64,000 nucleotides of DNA from Alphaproteobacteria bacterium. Lineage in GTDB: Bacteria; Pseudomonadota; Alphaproteobacteria; SMXQ01. Under the pieces are notes generated by a model. It was given only the letters and a program-made list of their open reading frames with translations. It had not been told where the DNA came from and did not search any database. Positions 49,954 to 59,425 of the stretch are shown one piece after another. Position numbers and translations under genes: made by a program. Position 1 is the first letter of the stretch. Every line of letters begins with the position of its first letter. Where the stretch lies: assembly GCA_050485485.1 (NCBI GenBank), contig JBJHBM010000001.1, forward strand, positions 182,343-246,342, given 5' to 3'.

Positions 49954-50520
49954 ATGTCCGTTCGGATTCCCGCCCAGTACGATTTCCATCGCGCCGTGAC
50001 GGCGCCGCACGGCGCGCGCGTGCGCCACCTCGCCGACAGGATCGGGGCGGCGTTCGGCGTCTCGCCGCACGATCGTCGGGCCCTGCATATCGCGGCGGCC
50101 CTGCATGACGTCGGCAAGCTCGGCATCCCCGCGCGCATCCTGCGCAAGCCGGAGCCGCTGACGGCGAGCGAACGGACGCTCGTCTCGATGCACCCGGAGA
50201 TGGGCTACCATATCCTCAAGGACGGCGAATTTCCGTGGCCGGTCGCGGAGATCGTCCGCCAGCATCACGAGCGGCTGGACGGCAGCGGCTATCCATGGGC
50301 GCTCGAGGGGGAAGACATCTCGTTCCTGTCGCGCGTCGTCGCGGTCGCCGACACGGTGGACGCGATCGTTTCCCCGCGCGGCTACGATCCGGCGAGGAGC
50401 TACGACGATGCCGTGTCGGAGCTTCGGCGCGGTGCGGGACGCCTCTACGACGCCGAGGTCACGAATGCCTGCATAGGGATTCTTCGGGCCGAGCCGGACG
50501 AAGGGAAGGGCGCGGCCTAA
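49954..50520 (+). CDS. Stand-alone HD-GYP domain protein (putative cyclic-dinucleotide phosphodiesterase)
   Basis: SD GGGAGG. Motifs LHDVGKLGIP, HPEMGY and HHERLDGSGYP. 188 aa with no receiver or sensor domain. Confidence 0.85.
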   Translation: MSVRIPAQYDFHRAVTAPHGARVRHLADRIGAAFGVSPHDRRALHIAAALHDVGKLGIPARILRKPEPLTASERTLVSMHPEMGYHILKDGEFPWPVAEIVRQHHERLDGSGYPWALEGEDISFLSRVVAVADTVDAIVSPRGYDPARSYDDAVSELRRGAGRLYDAEVTNACIGILRAEPDEGKGAA

Positions 50521-50717
50521 CGCCCCGCCTGGGCGCGGAGCTTGCGGCCGAGCCAGGTCGCGCGCAGGTGTGCCCGGACGGCGTCCTCGAACTCGCCGAC
50601 CAGATAGCGGTTGCCGTTCACGTCCACGGACGCCACCACCCAGGTTTCGTCGACCCGGTGGACTTCGTAGCTGGCGACCCGGCCGGCGCGGGCATGGACG
50701 TAGGCATGGGACGACAT
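50517..50717 (-). CDS. 66-aa hypothetical protein
   Basis: ATG is preceded by AAGGAG at optimal spacing. Codon usage is GC3-rich. Its stop interlocks with the HD-GYP stop (CTAA). No family recognised. Confidence 0.45.
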   Translation of the reverse strand: MSSHAYVHARAGRVASYEVHRVDETWVVASVDVNGNRYLVGEFEDAVRAHLRATWLGRKLRAQAGR

Positions 50718-50849
50718 GCGGGCTCCTTAAGGGACGGGCCCCGGCGGCGGGGCGGTCCTGCGAAGCTAACGGCATGTGGTTAATGGCGGGTAAACGCCCA
50801 TCCCCGAGGAAAGTTCCCTTGAACCGGCAGGCGCCGCGGGCGGGTACCG

Positions 50850-51383
50850 CTAGCGGGAATCCCGCTTGGCCTGGGCGACGCTCGCGGCCTTGCGCTGGCG
50901 CCCAAGCTCCATCGGGCGGACCAGGCTCTCGGCGCGCGCGTTCTCCACCTTGCGCATGCCCTTGCGCGCGTGGCGGCTGTTGAAATCGGCGGGCGCCGCG
51001 CTCGCGCCCTCCCGGCTGGCGCGCTTCATCTCGAGCGCGCGATGCGCGTTCTCGGCCAGGGAGGCTCCGGCCGCCAGGCGGCGCCGGCGGTCGGCCTCGC
51101 TGTTGAGGCGGCGCACCGCCATGGCGAGGACGGCGAGCTTGAGCCGGGAGCCGTCGTCGGCGCGCGCGGGCTGGGCGCCCTTGGGGGCGGCCTTGCCGCG
51201 CATCTCGCGCCGGCGCCGATGGGCCTCGGCCTTGGCCTTCTCGCGGCGCTCGCGCACCAGCCGCACGAGGTCCGAGAGTTCCGCGTCGGGCAGCTCCTGC
51301 AGCGCGGGGTGATGGGACTTGGAGACGAGCGCGCGCTCGTCGTCGCCGAGGGCGCGTGCTTCGTCCTTCCGGGAAATGGCCAT
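50850..51383 (-). CDS. Highly charged hypothetical protein (177 aa, Arg/Ala/Glu-rich)
   Basis: ATG is preceded by GGAGAGGAG. ERALVSKSHHPALQELPDAELSDLVRLVRERREKA looks like a conserved alpha-proteobacterial hypothetical, but I cannot name a family. Confidence 0.55.
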   Translation of the reverse strand: MAISRKDEARALGDDERALVSKSHHPALQELPDAELSDLVRLVRERREKAKAEAHRRRREMRGKAAPKGAQPARADDGSRLKLAVLAMAVRRLNSEADRRRRLAAGASLAENAHRALEMKRASREGASAAPADFNSRHARKGMRKVENARAESLVRPMELGRQRKAASVAQAKRDSR

Positions 51384-51470
51384 GGTCCGCTCCTCTCCGT
51401 TGCCGTGCGGGGCAGTTTAGCGGAAGCGCACCGGCTTGTGGAACCCGGACGGAACCCCGGCGGGGCCGGA

Positions 51471-51758
51471 TCAGTCGTGGACGGTCTGCATCGCGGTCCG
51501 GCCCGGCTGCGGCTGCGCGTAGCAATCGACGCGGGCGAGGCTGCGGTAGCAGTAGCTGCGCACCGTCGTCTCGGTGCGGCACGAGACCGTGCCGAGCACC
51601 GGCACGCGGTCACAGGCGCGCGTGCTTTCCACCACGCGGCCGTCGGCCTCGAGCACGACCATGCGTTCCACCGGCGCCGGCGCGGCGAGGCCGCAGCCCG
51701 CGAGCGCGAGCAGGGCGGTTGCGGCGGCCATGCGCCGAAGGCGAAGGGGACCTGTCAT
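51471..51758 (-). CDS. Small Cys-rich lipoprotein (start ambiguous: 51758, 51731 or TTG 51803)
   Basis: Signal and lipobox MTGPLRLRRMAAATALLALAGC. The mature part has 4 further Cys (RACDRV, VSCRTE, SYCYRS, VDCYA). Confidence 0.55.
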   Translation of the reverse strand: MTGPLRLRRMAAATALLALAGCGLAAPAPVERMVVLEADGRVVESTRACDRVPVLGTVSCRTETTVRSYCYRSLARVDCYAQPQPGRTAMQTVHD

Positions 51759-51884
51759 GGGTGTGCGGCCGGTGCGGTTTCGGGTAGACGCAGTTTTAGG
51801 CAATTCCGTCTCAATGAAACGTTAAGGGCGCCGAAAGGCGCGGATACGCTGGCGGCCCGGGGTCCCAGACATTAATATCGTGCC

Positions 51885-52595
51885 ATGACCGAGCCCGCTT
51901 CCCCTCCCGAGCCGTCCCCTCCGCCCACGGTGCACCACCGCGTCATGGCGAAGCTGCGCAACTACCTGATCGCGGGCGTGCTGGTGACGGCCCCGATCGG
52001 GCTCACGCTCTATTTCGCCTGGACCTTCATCCAGTGGATCGACAACCGGGTGATGCCGCTCATTCCGATGCGCTACCACCCGGAGACCTACCTGCCGTTC
52101 ACGATTCCGGGCTTCGGCCTGATCGTGCTCGCCGTCGGCCTGATCCTGATCGGCGCGCTGACGGCCAACCTGCTCGGCCGCGTGATCGTGCGCACCTACG
52201 AGCGCATCCTCGACCGGATGCCGGTGGTGCGCAGCATCTACGGCACTCTCAAGCAGGTGTTCGAGACGGTCTTCGGCAACAAGGCGCAGGCGTTCCGCAA
52301 GGTGGTGCTGATCGAATATCCGCGCCGCGGCCTGTGGGCGCTCGGCTTCCTCACAGGCCCCACGGTGGGCGAGGTGCAGAACCTCACCAGCGAGAAGGTG
52401 CTCAACATCTTCCTGCCGACCACGCCGAACCCGACCTCGGGCTTCCTGCTGTTCGTCCCGGAGGAGGACGCCGTGATCCTCGACATGACGGTGGAGGAGG
52501 GCATCAAGATGGTGATGTCGGGCGGCATCGTCACGCCGCCGGACCGGCGGCCCGCCCCGGTGCGCGAGATCCCGGCCGTGTCCAAGCGCACCTAA
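51885..52595 (+). CDS. DUF502 domain membrane protein
   Basis: Two N-terminal TM segments, then PVVRSIYGTLKQV...VVLIEYPRRGLWALGFLTG...IFLPTTPNPTSGF, typical of DUF502. Confidence 0.8.
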   Translation: MTEPASPPEPSPPPTVHHRVMAKLRNYLIAGVLVTAPIGLTLYFAWTFIQWIDNRVMPLIPMRYHPETYLPFTIPGFGLIVLAVGLILIGALTANLLGRVIVRTYERILDRMPVVRSIYGTLKQVFETVFGNKAQAFRKVVLIEYPRRGLWALGFLTGPTVGEVQNLTSEKVLNIFLPTTPNPTSGFLLFVPEEDAVILDMTVEEGIKMVMSGGIVTPPDRRPAPVREIPAVSKRT

Positions 52596-52655
52596 GCGCG
52601 AGAACGCGCTGCCGCGCCGCCACGACACCGCCAAGGGCGACTAGCCGCCCCTTCC

Positions 52656-54758
52656 TCAGCCAGAGCGCGCGTAGGGCACCGCCGCGTCGCGCTCGAACAG
52701 GTAGAGCAGCACCCGGAGCGCCGCGCCGCGCGGGGTCGCGAGCCCGGGGTCCTTCTCCAGCACCAGCGCCGCGTCGTCGCGCGCGATCTCCATGAGATCG
52801 CCGTGGAGCGCGATGTCGGCGATCCGGAACGACGGCAGGCCCGACTGCCGGGTGCCCAGAACCTCGCCCGCGCCGCGCAGCCGCAGGTCCTCCTCCGCGA
52901 TGCGGAAGCCGTCGTCGGTCTCGCGCAGGATCCTGAGGCGCCGGCGCGCGGTCTCGGTGAGGCGCTCGCCGTAGAGCAGCAGGCAGGTGGACTTGCGGGC
53001 GCCGCGCCCGATCCGCCCGCGCAGCTGGTGGAGCTGGGCGAGGCCGAAGCGCTCGGCGTGCTCGACCACCATGACGCTCGCCGCCGGCACGTCCACGCCG
53101 ACCTCGATTACCGTGGTCGCCACCAGCACGCGCGCGGTCCCCTCGGCGAAACGCGCCATCGCCGCGTCCTTCTCGGCCGCGCGCATGCGCCCGTGGACCA
53201 GCGCGACGCGCCCCGGGAACAGCCGCTCCAGCATGGCGAAGCGCTCCTCGGCGGCGGCGAGGTCGGAGGCCTCCGACTCCGTCACCAGCGGGCATACCCA
53301 GAATACCTGCTGCGGCCCGTCGCCGCCGGTGCCGCCCCCGTCGATGGCGCGCCCGACCGCCGCCGTCACCTCGCCGAGGCGCGCGAGCGGCACGGCGCGG
53401 GTATCGACCGGCTTGCGGCCGGCCGGCTTCTCCGCGAGGCGCGAGATATCGAGGTCGCCGTAGGCCATCAGCGTGAGCGTGCGCGGGATCGGGGTGGCGG
53501 TCATTACCAGCACGTCCACCGCCGTGCCCTTGGCGGCGATGGCGACGCGCTGGGCGACGCCGAAGCGGTGCTGCTCGTCCACCACACAGAGCGCGAGATC
53601 GCGGAACGCCACGTCGTCCTGGATCAGCGCGTGGGTGCCGACCGCGGCCACGACCTCGCCCGCCGCCAGCGCCTCCAGGGTGCGGCGCCGGGGGGCGCCC
53701 TTGTCGCGCCCCGTCAGCAGCGCGAGCCGCGCGCCCGCCGCCTCGAACAGCGGGGCGAGGGTTGCGTGGTGCTGGCGCGCGAGGATCTCGGTCGGCGCCA
53801 TCAAGGCCGACTGGCGCCCGGCCTCGGCGGCGGCCAGCATGGCGAGCGCCGCCACCACGGTCTTGCCCGAGCCGACGTCGCCCTGCAGCAGCCGCAGCAT
53901 GCGCGCGGGCGCCGCCATGTCGGCCGCGATCTCGGCCAGCGCCTGCGCCTGTCCGGCGGTGAGGGCGAACGGCAGGGCCGCGCGGGCGCGCGCCGAGAGC
54001 CGCCCGTCGCCCACGGTGGCGCGCCCGCCCTGGCGGCGCATGTGGGCGCGCACCAGGGCCATGGCGAGCTGGCTCGCAAGCAGTTCGTCGTAGGCGAGGC
54101 GGCGGCGCGGCGCCGTCTCCGGGGAAAGGTCGGCCTCGCTTTGGGGCGCGTGGGCGGCGGCGAGCGCCGCCTTCCAGCCGGGCCAGCCCTCGCGCCCGAG
54201 CAGCGCCGGGTCGTGCCACTCGGGCAGGTCGGGGGCGGCGGCGAGAGCGGCCCCGATAGCGCGGCCCAGCACCTTGGGCGACAGGCCCTGGGTGAGCGGA
54301 TGGACCGGCTCGACGGCGGCCAGCCGGTCGCGCTCGGCGGCGGGCGCGATGTGGTCGGGATGGGTCATCTGGGGGCGGCCGCGGTAGTGCTCGACCTTGC
54401 CCGAGACCACGCGCTCGGCGCCCACAGGCAGCGCCTCCGCGAGCCATTCGTCGCGGGCGTTGAAGAACACCAGGTCCATGGTGCCGGTCGCGTCCGCCAC
54501 CCGCACCCGGTAGGGCAGCCCGCGCCGGGGCGGGCGGGCGTGGGCCTCGACCCGCACCGCGATGGTGGCGACGCGGCCGTCCGGGGACTCGGCGACGGTC
54601 GGCGCGAAGCGGCGGTCGATCAGCCCGTTCGGCAGGTGCCACAGGAGGTCCGCGACGTGCGGCCCGGCGACCCGCTCGACCAGCTTTCCGACGCGCGGGC
54701 CGATGCCGGGAAGCGCGGTCGCCGGCCGGAACAGGGGATAGAGGATTTCCGGGCGCAT
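52656..54758 (-). CDS. recG: ATP-dependent DNA helicase RecG
   Basis: Internal ATG 54758 gives MRPEILYPLF... Wedge domain, Walker A GDVGSGKTVVA, VVDEQHRFGV and LHQLRGRIGRG. Confidence 0.93.
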   Translation of the reverse strand: MRPEILYPLFRPATALPGIGPRVGKLVERVAGPHVADLLWHLPNGLIDRRFAPTVAESPDGRVATIAVRVEAHARPPRRGLPYRVRVADATGTMDLVFFNARDEWLAEALPVGAERVVSGKVEHYRGRPQMTHPDHIAPAAERDRLAAVEPVHPLTQGLSPKVLGRAIGAALAAAPDLPEWHDPALLGREGWPGWKAALAAAHAPQSEADLSPETAPRRRLAYDELLASQLAMALVRAHMRRQGGRATVGDGRLSARARAALPFALTAGQAQALAEIAADMAAPARMLRLLQGDVGSGKTVVAALAMLAAAEAGRQSALMAPTEILARQHHATLAPLFEAAGARLALLTGRDKGAPRRRTLEALAAGEVVAAVGTHALIQDDVAFRDLALCVVDEQHRFGVAQRVAIAAKGTAVDVLVMTATPIPRTLTLMAYGDLDISRLAEKPAGRKPVDTRAVPLARLGEVTAAVGRAIDGGGTGGDGPQQVFWVCPLVTESEASDLAAAEERFAMLERLFPGRVALVHGRMRAAEKDAAMARFAEGTARVLVATTVIEVGVDVPAASVMVVEHAERFGLAQLHQLRGRIGRGARKSTCLLLYGERLTETARRRLRILRETDDGFRIAEEDLRLRGAGEVLGTRQSGLPSFRIADIALHGDLMEIARDDAALVLEKDPGLATPRGAALRVLLYLFERDAAVPYARSG

Positions 54759-54912
54759 CGGGGGATGGGGGCGGGCGGGCTCGGTTCCGTGGTGGGCCTG
54801 CCCGGAAAGCCGACATGACAGGGCGGGCACGAAGGCTTATATCCTACGCAGCCCGCTCCCCCCTGTCATGTGGCAGGGGGAGGGGGCAGGTCTGTCCGGA
54901 GCCCGGAGCGAC

Positions 54913-55191
54913 ATGTCCGCCCAGCAGGATCTCGAGATTCGCCGCAAGCGTCTGCTCTATCAGGCGAGCCATCGCGGCACCCAGGAATCGGACCTCGTGG
55001 TGGGGGGCTTCGCGCGCGCCCACCTCGCGAATTTCGGACCCGCCGAACTCGAATTCTTCGAGGCCCTGATCGCAATTCCGGACGCCGATCTGATGGACTG
55101 GATCGCGGGACGCCGCGCGCCCCCGGACGCTTACCGGGGGCCCGTTCTCGACCTCCTGATCGACTTCAAGAAGACGCTTCTATCCAATTGA
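54913..55191 (+). CDS. sdhE: FAD assembly factor SdhE (DUF339, succinate dehydrogenase assembly factor 2)
   Basis: RRKRLLYQASHRGTQESDLVVGGF carries the RGxxE motif. 92 aa, at the conserved position upstream of mfd. Confidence 0.85.
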   Translation: MSAQQDLEIRRKRLLYQASHRGTQESDLVVGGFARAHLANFGPAELEFFEALIAIPDADLMDWIAGRRAPPDAYRGPVLDLLIDFKKTLLSN

Positions 55192-58100
55192 CGAACAAAG
55201 ATACATCCTCGCGCCTCCTGGTCACCGAGGCCCCCGGCGCCTACGACGCCTTCTGGCTCGCGGCACGGCTGCGGGCGGGCGCCTTTCCGGCCCTCGTCCA
55301 TGTCGCCGTCGACGACCGCGCCCTCGCCCGCGCCGACGAATCCTTGGCCCTTCTGGCCCCCGGCATCGAGCGCGTCGTGCTGCCCGCCTGGGACTGCCTG
55401 CCCTACGACCGGGTCGGCCCCAACCCCGTCATCGCGGCGCGGCGCATCGACGCGCTCGCGCGGCTCGCCCGGCGCGATGCGGGGACGGCCGCGCCGGTGG
55501 TGCTCCTGACCACCGCCAACGCGCTGCTGCAGCGCGTGCCGCCGCCCGAGGCCTACCGGGACGCGGGCTTCGAGATCGCCGCGGGCGGCACCTTCGATCT
55601 CGACGCCTTCACCGCCTTCGCCGCCGCCAACGGCTTCGAGCGCGCCGAGACCGTGATGGAGCCCGGCGAATACGCGCTGCGCGGCGGGCTCGTGGACGTG
55701 TTCCCGCCGGGCACCGCCGAGCCGGTGCGCATCGACCTGTTCGGGGACGAGGTCGAGCGTATCCGCGCCTTCGATCCCTTGAGCCAGATGTCGGGCGGCA
55801 CGGTCGCGCGCGTCCTGCTGGCGCCGGTGAGCGAAGTACTGCTGACCGAGGACAGCATCGCGCGGTTCCGCTCCGGCTACCGCGCGCTGTTCGGCGCGGC
55901 GAAGGAGGGCGACGAGCTTTACGCCGCCGTCTCCGCCGGCCGGCGCCAGTCCGGCATGGAGCATTGGCTGCCGCTGTTCCACGAGCGCCTGGTCCCGCTC
56001 GTGGATTATCTGCCGGATGCGGCGGTGAGCTTCGGCGACGGCGTGGACGACACGATCGAGATGCGGTGCGAGCAGATCGCCGACTACTACGCCGCACGCC
56101 GCGACCTGCGCGTGACGGGGGCAGGCGGCGAGGGGGAGATCTACAACCCGCTCCCGCCGGACGGCCTCTACCTCGTGGACGTCGCGCTCGAGGACGCGCT
56201 CGCGGGTCATTCCCGCGTCCGCTTCACCGCCTTCGCCGAAACCGATCCCGAGGCGCAGGTCGAGGACGCGGGCGTGCGCCTGATGCGCAGCTTCGCGGCC
56301 GATGCGCGCGGGCAGGGCGGCAACGCCTTCGACGCCGCCGCCGACTACGTCCACGGCCGTATGGGGCAGGGCGACCGCGTGGTGGTGGCCTGCGCGAGCG
56401 CCGGCTCGGTGGCGCGGCTCGCGCGCCTGCTCAAGGAGCATCGCTTCGGCAAGCTCGCCGAGCCCGCCACCTGGGCCGAGGCCGAGGCGCTGCCCAAGGA
56501 CGTGACCGCTCTGGTGCTGCTCGATCTCGACCAGGGCTTCGCCGCGCCCGGACTCGCGGTGATCGCCGAGCAGGACGTCCTCGGACAGCGGCTCGCGCGG
56601 CGCCCACGCCGCACGCGCGCCGCCGACGCCTTCGTCACCGAATTGTCCCAGCTCACGGAAGGGACGCTGGTGGTCCACGTCGAGCACGGCATCGGCCGCT
56701 ACGACGGGCTGGTGACGCTCGAGGTCGCCACCGCCGGCACCCGCAAGGTGCCGCACGACTGCCTGCGCATCCTCTACGAAGGCGGCGACAAGCTGTTCGT
56801 CCCGGTCGAGAACATGGACGTGCTGACCCGCTACGGCGAGGACCAGGGCAATGTCGCCCTCGACCGCCTGGGCGGGGCCGCGTGGCAGGCCAAGAAGGCG
56901 CGCCTCAAGCAGCGCCTCCGCGAAATGGCGGACGAGCTTCTGAAGGTCGCCGCCGCCCGCGCGCTCGCGCAGGCGACGCCGATGGTCGCGCCCGGCGCCG
57001 ACTACGAGGAGTTCTGCGCGCGCTTCCCCTATGCCGAGACGGAGGACCAGCAGGCCGCGATCGCCGACACGTTGGCCGACCTCGCGCGCGACCGGCCGAT
57101 GGACCGGCTGATCTGCGGCGACGTCGGCTTCGGCAAGACCGAAGTGGCGCTGCGCGCGGCCTTCGCCGCCGCGTTCTCCGGTGCCCAGGTGGTGGTGGTG
57201 GTGCCGACCACGCTGCTCGCGCGCCAGCATTATGAGACGTTCTGCGCGCGCTTCCAGGGCCTGCCGGTGCGCATCCGCCAGCTGTCGCGCCTGGCCGCGC
57301 CGAAAGAGGCCGACGAGACCCGCGCGGCGCTCGCGCGCGGCGAGGTGGACATCGTGGTCGGCACCCACGCGCTCCTTGCCGAAAGCATCCGCTTCGCGCG
57401 GCTCGGCCTCCTGATCGTGGACGAGGAGCAGCACTTCGGCGTGGTCCACAAGGAGCGCCTCAAAAAGCTGCGCGCCGATATCCACGTTCTCACCCTGACC
57501 GCGACGCCGATCCCGCGCACGCTCCAGCTCGCGCTCACCGGCGTCAAGGACATGAGTATCATCGCGACCCCGCCGGTGGACCGGCTGGCGGTGCGGACCT
57601 TCACGCTGCCGTTCGACCCCGTGGTGATCCGCGAGGCGATCCGGCGCGAGATGCACCGGGGCGGGCAGTGCTTTTATGTTTGCCCGCGCATCGCCGATCT
57701 CGGTGCGGTCGAGGCACAGCTCCGCGAGATCGCGCCGGAAGCGCGGCACGTCACCATCCACGGCCAGATGTCGCCGGCCCGGATCGAGGACGCCATGACG
57801 GCGTTCTTCGAGCGCAAGCACGACATCCTGATCTCGACCAACATCATCGAGTCGGGCCTCGACATGCCCAACGTCAACACCATCGTCGTTCATCGGGCGG
57901 ACATGTTCGGCCTCGCCCAGCTCTACCAGCTGCGGGGACGGGTGGGGCGCTCCAAGGCGCGTGCCTACGCCTATCTCACGCTGCCGCCGCGCCGCCAGGT
58001 GACCGCCAATGCCGCGAAGCGTCTTGCAGTGATGCAGACGCTCGACAGCCTCGGCGCCGGATTCTCGCTCGCGAGCCACGATCTCGATATCCGTGGCGCG

Positions 58101-58703
58101 GGGAACCTCTTGGGCGACGAGCAGTCGGGGCATATCCGCGAGGTCGGCATCGAGCTCTACCAGCAGATGCTGGAGGAGGCGGTGGCCGAACTGAAGGGCG
58201 GTGGCGTCGTTGCCGGGGACTGGACGCCCCAGATCGCAGTGGACGTGCCGGTGCTGATCCCCGAAGGCTACGTCGCCGATCTCGGCGTACGCCTCGGCCT
58301 CTATCGGCGGCTGTCGGCGCTGGTGGACAAGGCGGAGGTGGAGGCCTTCGCCGCCGAGCTGATCGACCGATTCGGGCCGCTGCCCCAGGAGGTCGAGAAC
58401 CTGATCGCCGTCGTGGGACTCAAGCAGGCGTGCCGCGCGGCGGGCGTCGAACGGGTCGAGGCGGGGCCCAAGGGCTGCACCGTCGCGTTCCGCGACAACC
58501 GTTTCGCCAACCCGGAAGGGCTGATCGCGGCCATCGCGAAATCGCCCGGCACCTTGAAGGTGCGCCCGGACCAGACTTTGGTGATCGCCCGCCACTGGCC
58601 GACGCCCCAGGACCGCGTGCGCGGCCTCGGCGGCGAGATCGGCGCCCTGGCGAAGCTTGCCGGCGGCGGGGCGGCGGAACCCACCGCGCGCGCCGGCGCC
58701 TAA
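55188..58703 (+). CDS. mfd: Transcription-repair coupling factor Mfd
   Basis: TTG start overlaps the sdhE stop (TTGA), giving 1171 aa. Walker A GDVGFGKTEVA, DEEQHFGV, QLRGRVGRS and the TRCF C-terminal domain. The upstream part of track ORF 54870 is read-through. Confidence 0.92.
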   Translation: MTNKDTSSRLLVTEAPGAYDAFWLAARLRAGAFPALVHVAVDDRALARADESLALLAPGIERVVLPAWDCLPYDRVGPNPVIAARRIDALARLARRDAGTAAPVVLLTTANALLQRVPPPEAYRDAGFEIAAGGTFDLDAFTAFAAANGFERAETVMEPGEYALRGGLVDVFPPGTAEPVRIDLFGDEVERIRAFDPLSQMSGGTVARVLLAPVSEVLLTEDSIARFRSGYRALFGAAKEGDELYAAVSAGRRQSGMEHWLPLFHERLVPLVDYLPDAAVSFGDGVDDTIEMRCEQIADYYAARRDLRVTGAGGEGEIYNPLPPDGLYLVDVALEDALAGHSRVRFTAFAETDPEAQVEDAGVRLMRSFAADARGQGGNAFDAAADYVHGRMGQGDRVVVACASAGSVARLARLLKEHRFGKLAEPATWAEAEALPKDVTALVLLDLDQGFAAPGLAVIAEQDVLGQRLARRPRRTRAADAFVTELSQLTEGTLVVHVEHGIGRYDGLVTLEVATAGTRKVPHDCLRILYEGGDKLFVPVENMDVLTRYGEDQGNVALDRLGGAAWQAKKARLKQRLREMADELLKVAAARALAQATPMVAPGADYEEFCARFPYAETEDQQAAIADTLADLARDRPMDRLICGDVGFGKTEVALRAAFAAAFSGAQVVVVVPTTLLARQHYETFCARFQGLPVRIRQLSRLAAPKEADETRAALARGEVDIVVGTHALLAESIRFARLGLLIVDEEQHFGVVHKERLKKLRADIHVLTLTATPIPRTLQLALTGVKDMSIIATPPVDRLAVRTFTLPFDPVVIREAIRREMHRGGQCFYVCPRIADLGAVEAQLREIAPEARHVTIHGQMSPARIEDAMTAFFERKHDILISTNIIESGLDMPNVNTIVVHRADMFGLAQLYQLRGRVGRSKARAYAYLTLPPRRQVTANAAKRLAVMQTLDSLGAGFSLASHDLDIRGAGNLLGDEQSGHIREVGIELYQQMLEEAVAELKGGGVVAGDWTPQIAVDVPVLIPEGYVADLGVRLGLYRRLSALVDKAEVEAFAAELIDRFGPLPQEVENLIAVVGLKQACRAAGVERVEAGPKGCTVAFRDNRFANPEGLIAAIAKSPGTLKVRPDQTLVIARHWPTPQDRVRGLGGEIGALAKLAGGGAAEPTARAGA

Positions 58704-59356
58704 TCCACGGCCGCGCCGCGCGGGAGGGAAGCCCGGGCCAGCTCGATCGTGCGGGCAATCACCTCCGGGCTCTGGGCGCCGGGCAGGGCATAGCGCCCGT
58801 CCACCACGAAATGGGGCACGCCTGCGATTCCCGATATCCGCACTGCGCGGTCCTCCTCAAGAACCGCGTCCCGCTCGGCGTCGCCCGCGAGGAACGCGCG
58901 TACCGCCTCGGCGTCGAGACCGGTCTCGGCCGCGAGCGTGGCCAGCGTGGCACGGTCGCCGATGTCGGCACCCTCGGTGAAATAGGCCGCGAACAGGCGG
59001 TCCATGAGGGCGCCGGCAGTGCCTTTTGCCGCCGCGAAACGCACCAGGCGGTGGGCGGCGAGGGTATTCGGAGTGCGCCGGATGCGCGCGAAATCGAAGG
59101 CGATGCCTTCCGCAGCGCCTTCGCGCCGGATCACGTCGTAGACCTGCTTGGCGCGACCGGCGCCGCCGAACTTGGCCGCGAGGTAGACCGCCCGGTCCAT
59201 GCCGTCCGGCGGCATCAGCGGGTTGAGCTGGTAGGCGCGCCAGATAATGGCGACGTCGCCGCCCACGAGGACGAGGGCGCGGTCGAGGCGGCGCTTGCCG
59301 ATGTAGCACCATGGACAGACCGGGTCGGCGTGGACCTCGATCTCGACAGGCGTCAT
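58700..59356 (-). CDS. DsbA-family thioredoxin-fold oxidoreductase (FrnE / 2-hydroxychromene-2-carboxylate isomerase-like)
   Basis: CPWC active site at residues 14-17, and a GVPHFVVDG motif near the C-terminus. Confidence 0.85.
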   Translation of the reverse strand: MTPVEIEVHADPVCPWCYIGKRRLDRALVLVGGDVAIIWRAYQLNPLMPPDGMDRAVYLAAKFGGAGRAKQVYDVIRREGAAEGIAFDFARIRRTPNTLAAHRLVRFAAAKGTAGALMDRLFAAYFTEGADIGDRATLATLAAETGLDAEAVRAFLAGDAERDAVLEEDRAVRISGIAGVPHFVVDGRYALPGAQSPEVIARTIELARASLPRGAAVD

Positions 59357-59425
59357 GGAAGTCCCCTTAAGCTAAGGACAGCAGGCCGGGGTGACAGTTT
59401 GGGTGCAGCCGGCGCCAACATCTAA

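Noticed and set aside
49744-51582. 612-aa minus-strand ORF spanning the HD-GYP region
   Set aside because: It crosses four better-supported genes on both strands and has Arg/Pro/Gly-dominated composition without motifs.
48640-51884. Direct repeat of the tRNA-Glu 3' end (attL/attR) delimiting an integrated element
   Set aside because: The only match is a 7-nt ATCCCGT at 49895, inside a local hairpin (ATCCCGT/ACGGGAT). This is too short to call.
52531-58595. Very long alternative ORFs over recG and mfd (52531..54816 -, 52803..54818 +, 55131..58595 -)
   Set aside because: These are the same high-GC artefact. The RecG and Mfd frames carry complete helicase motif sets, and the alternatives carry none.
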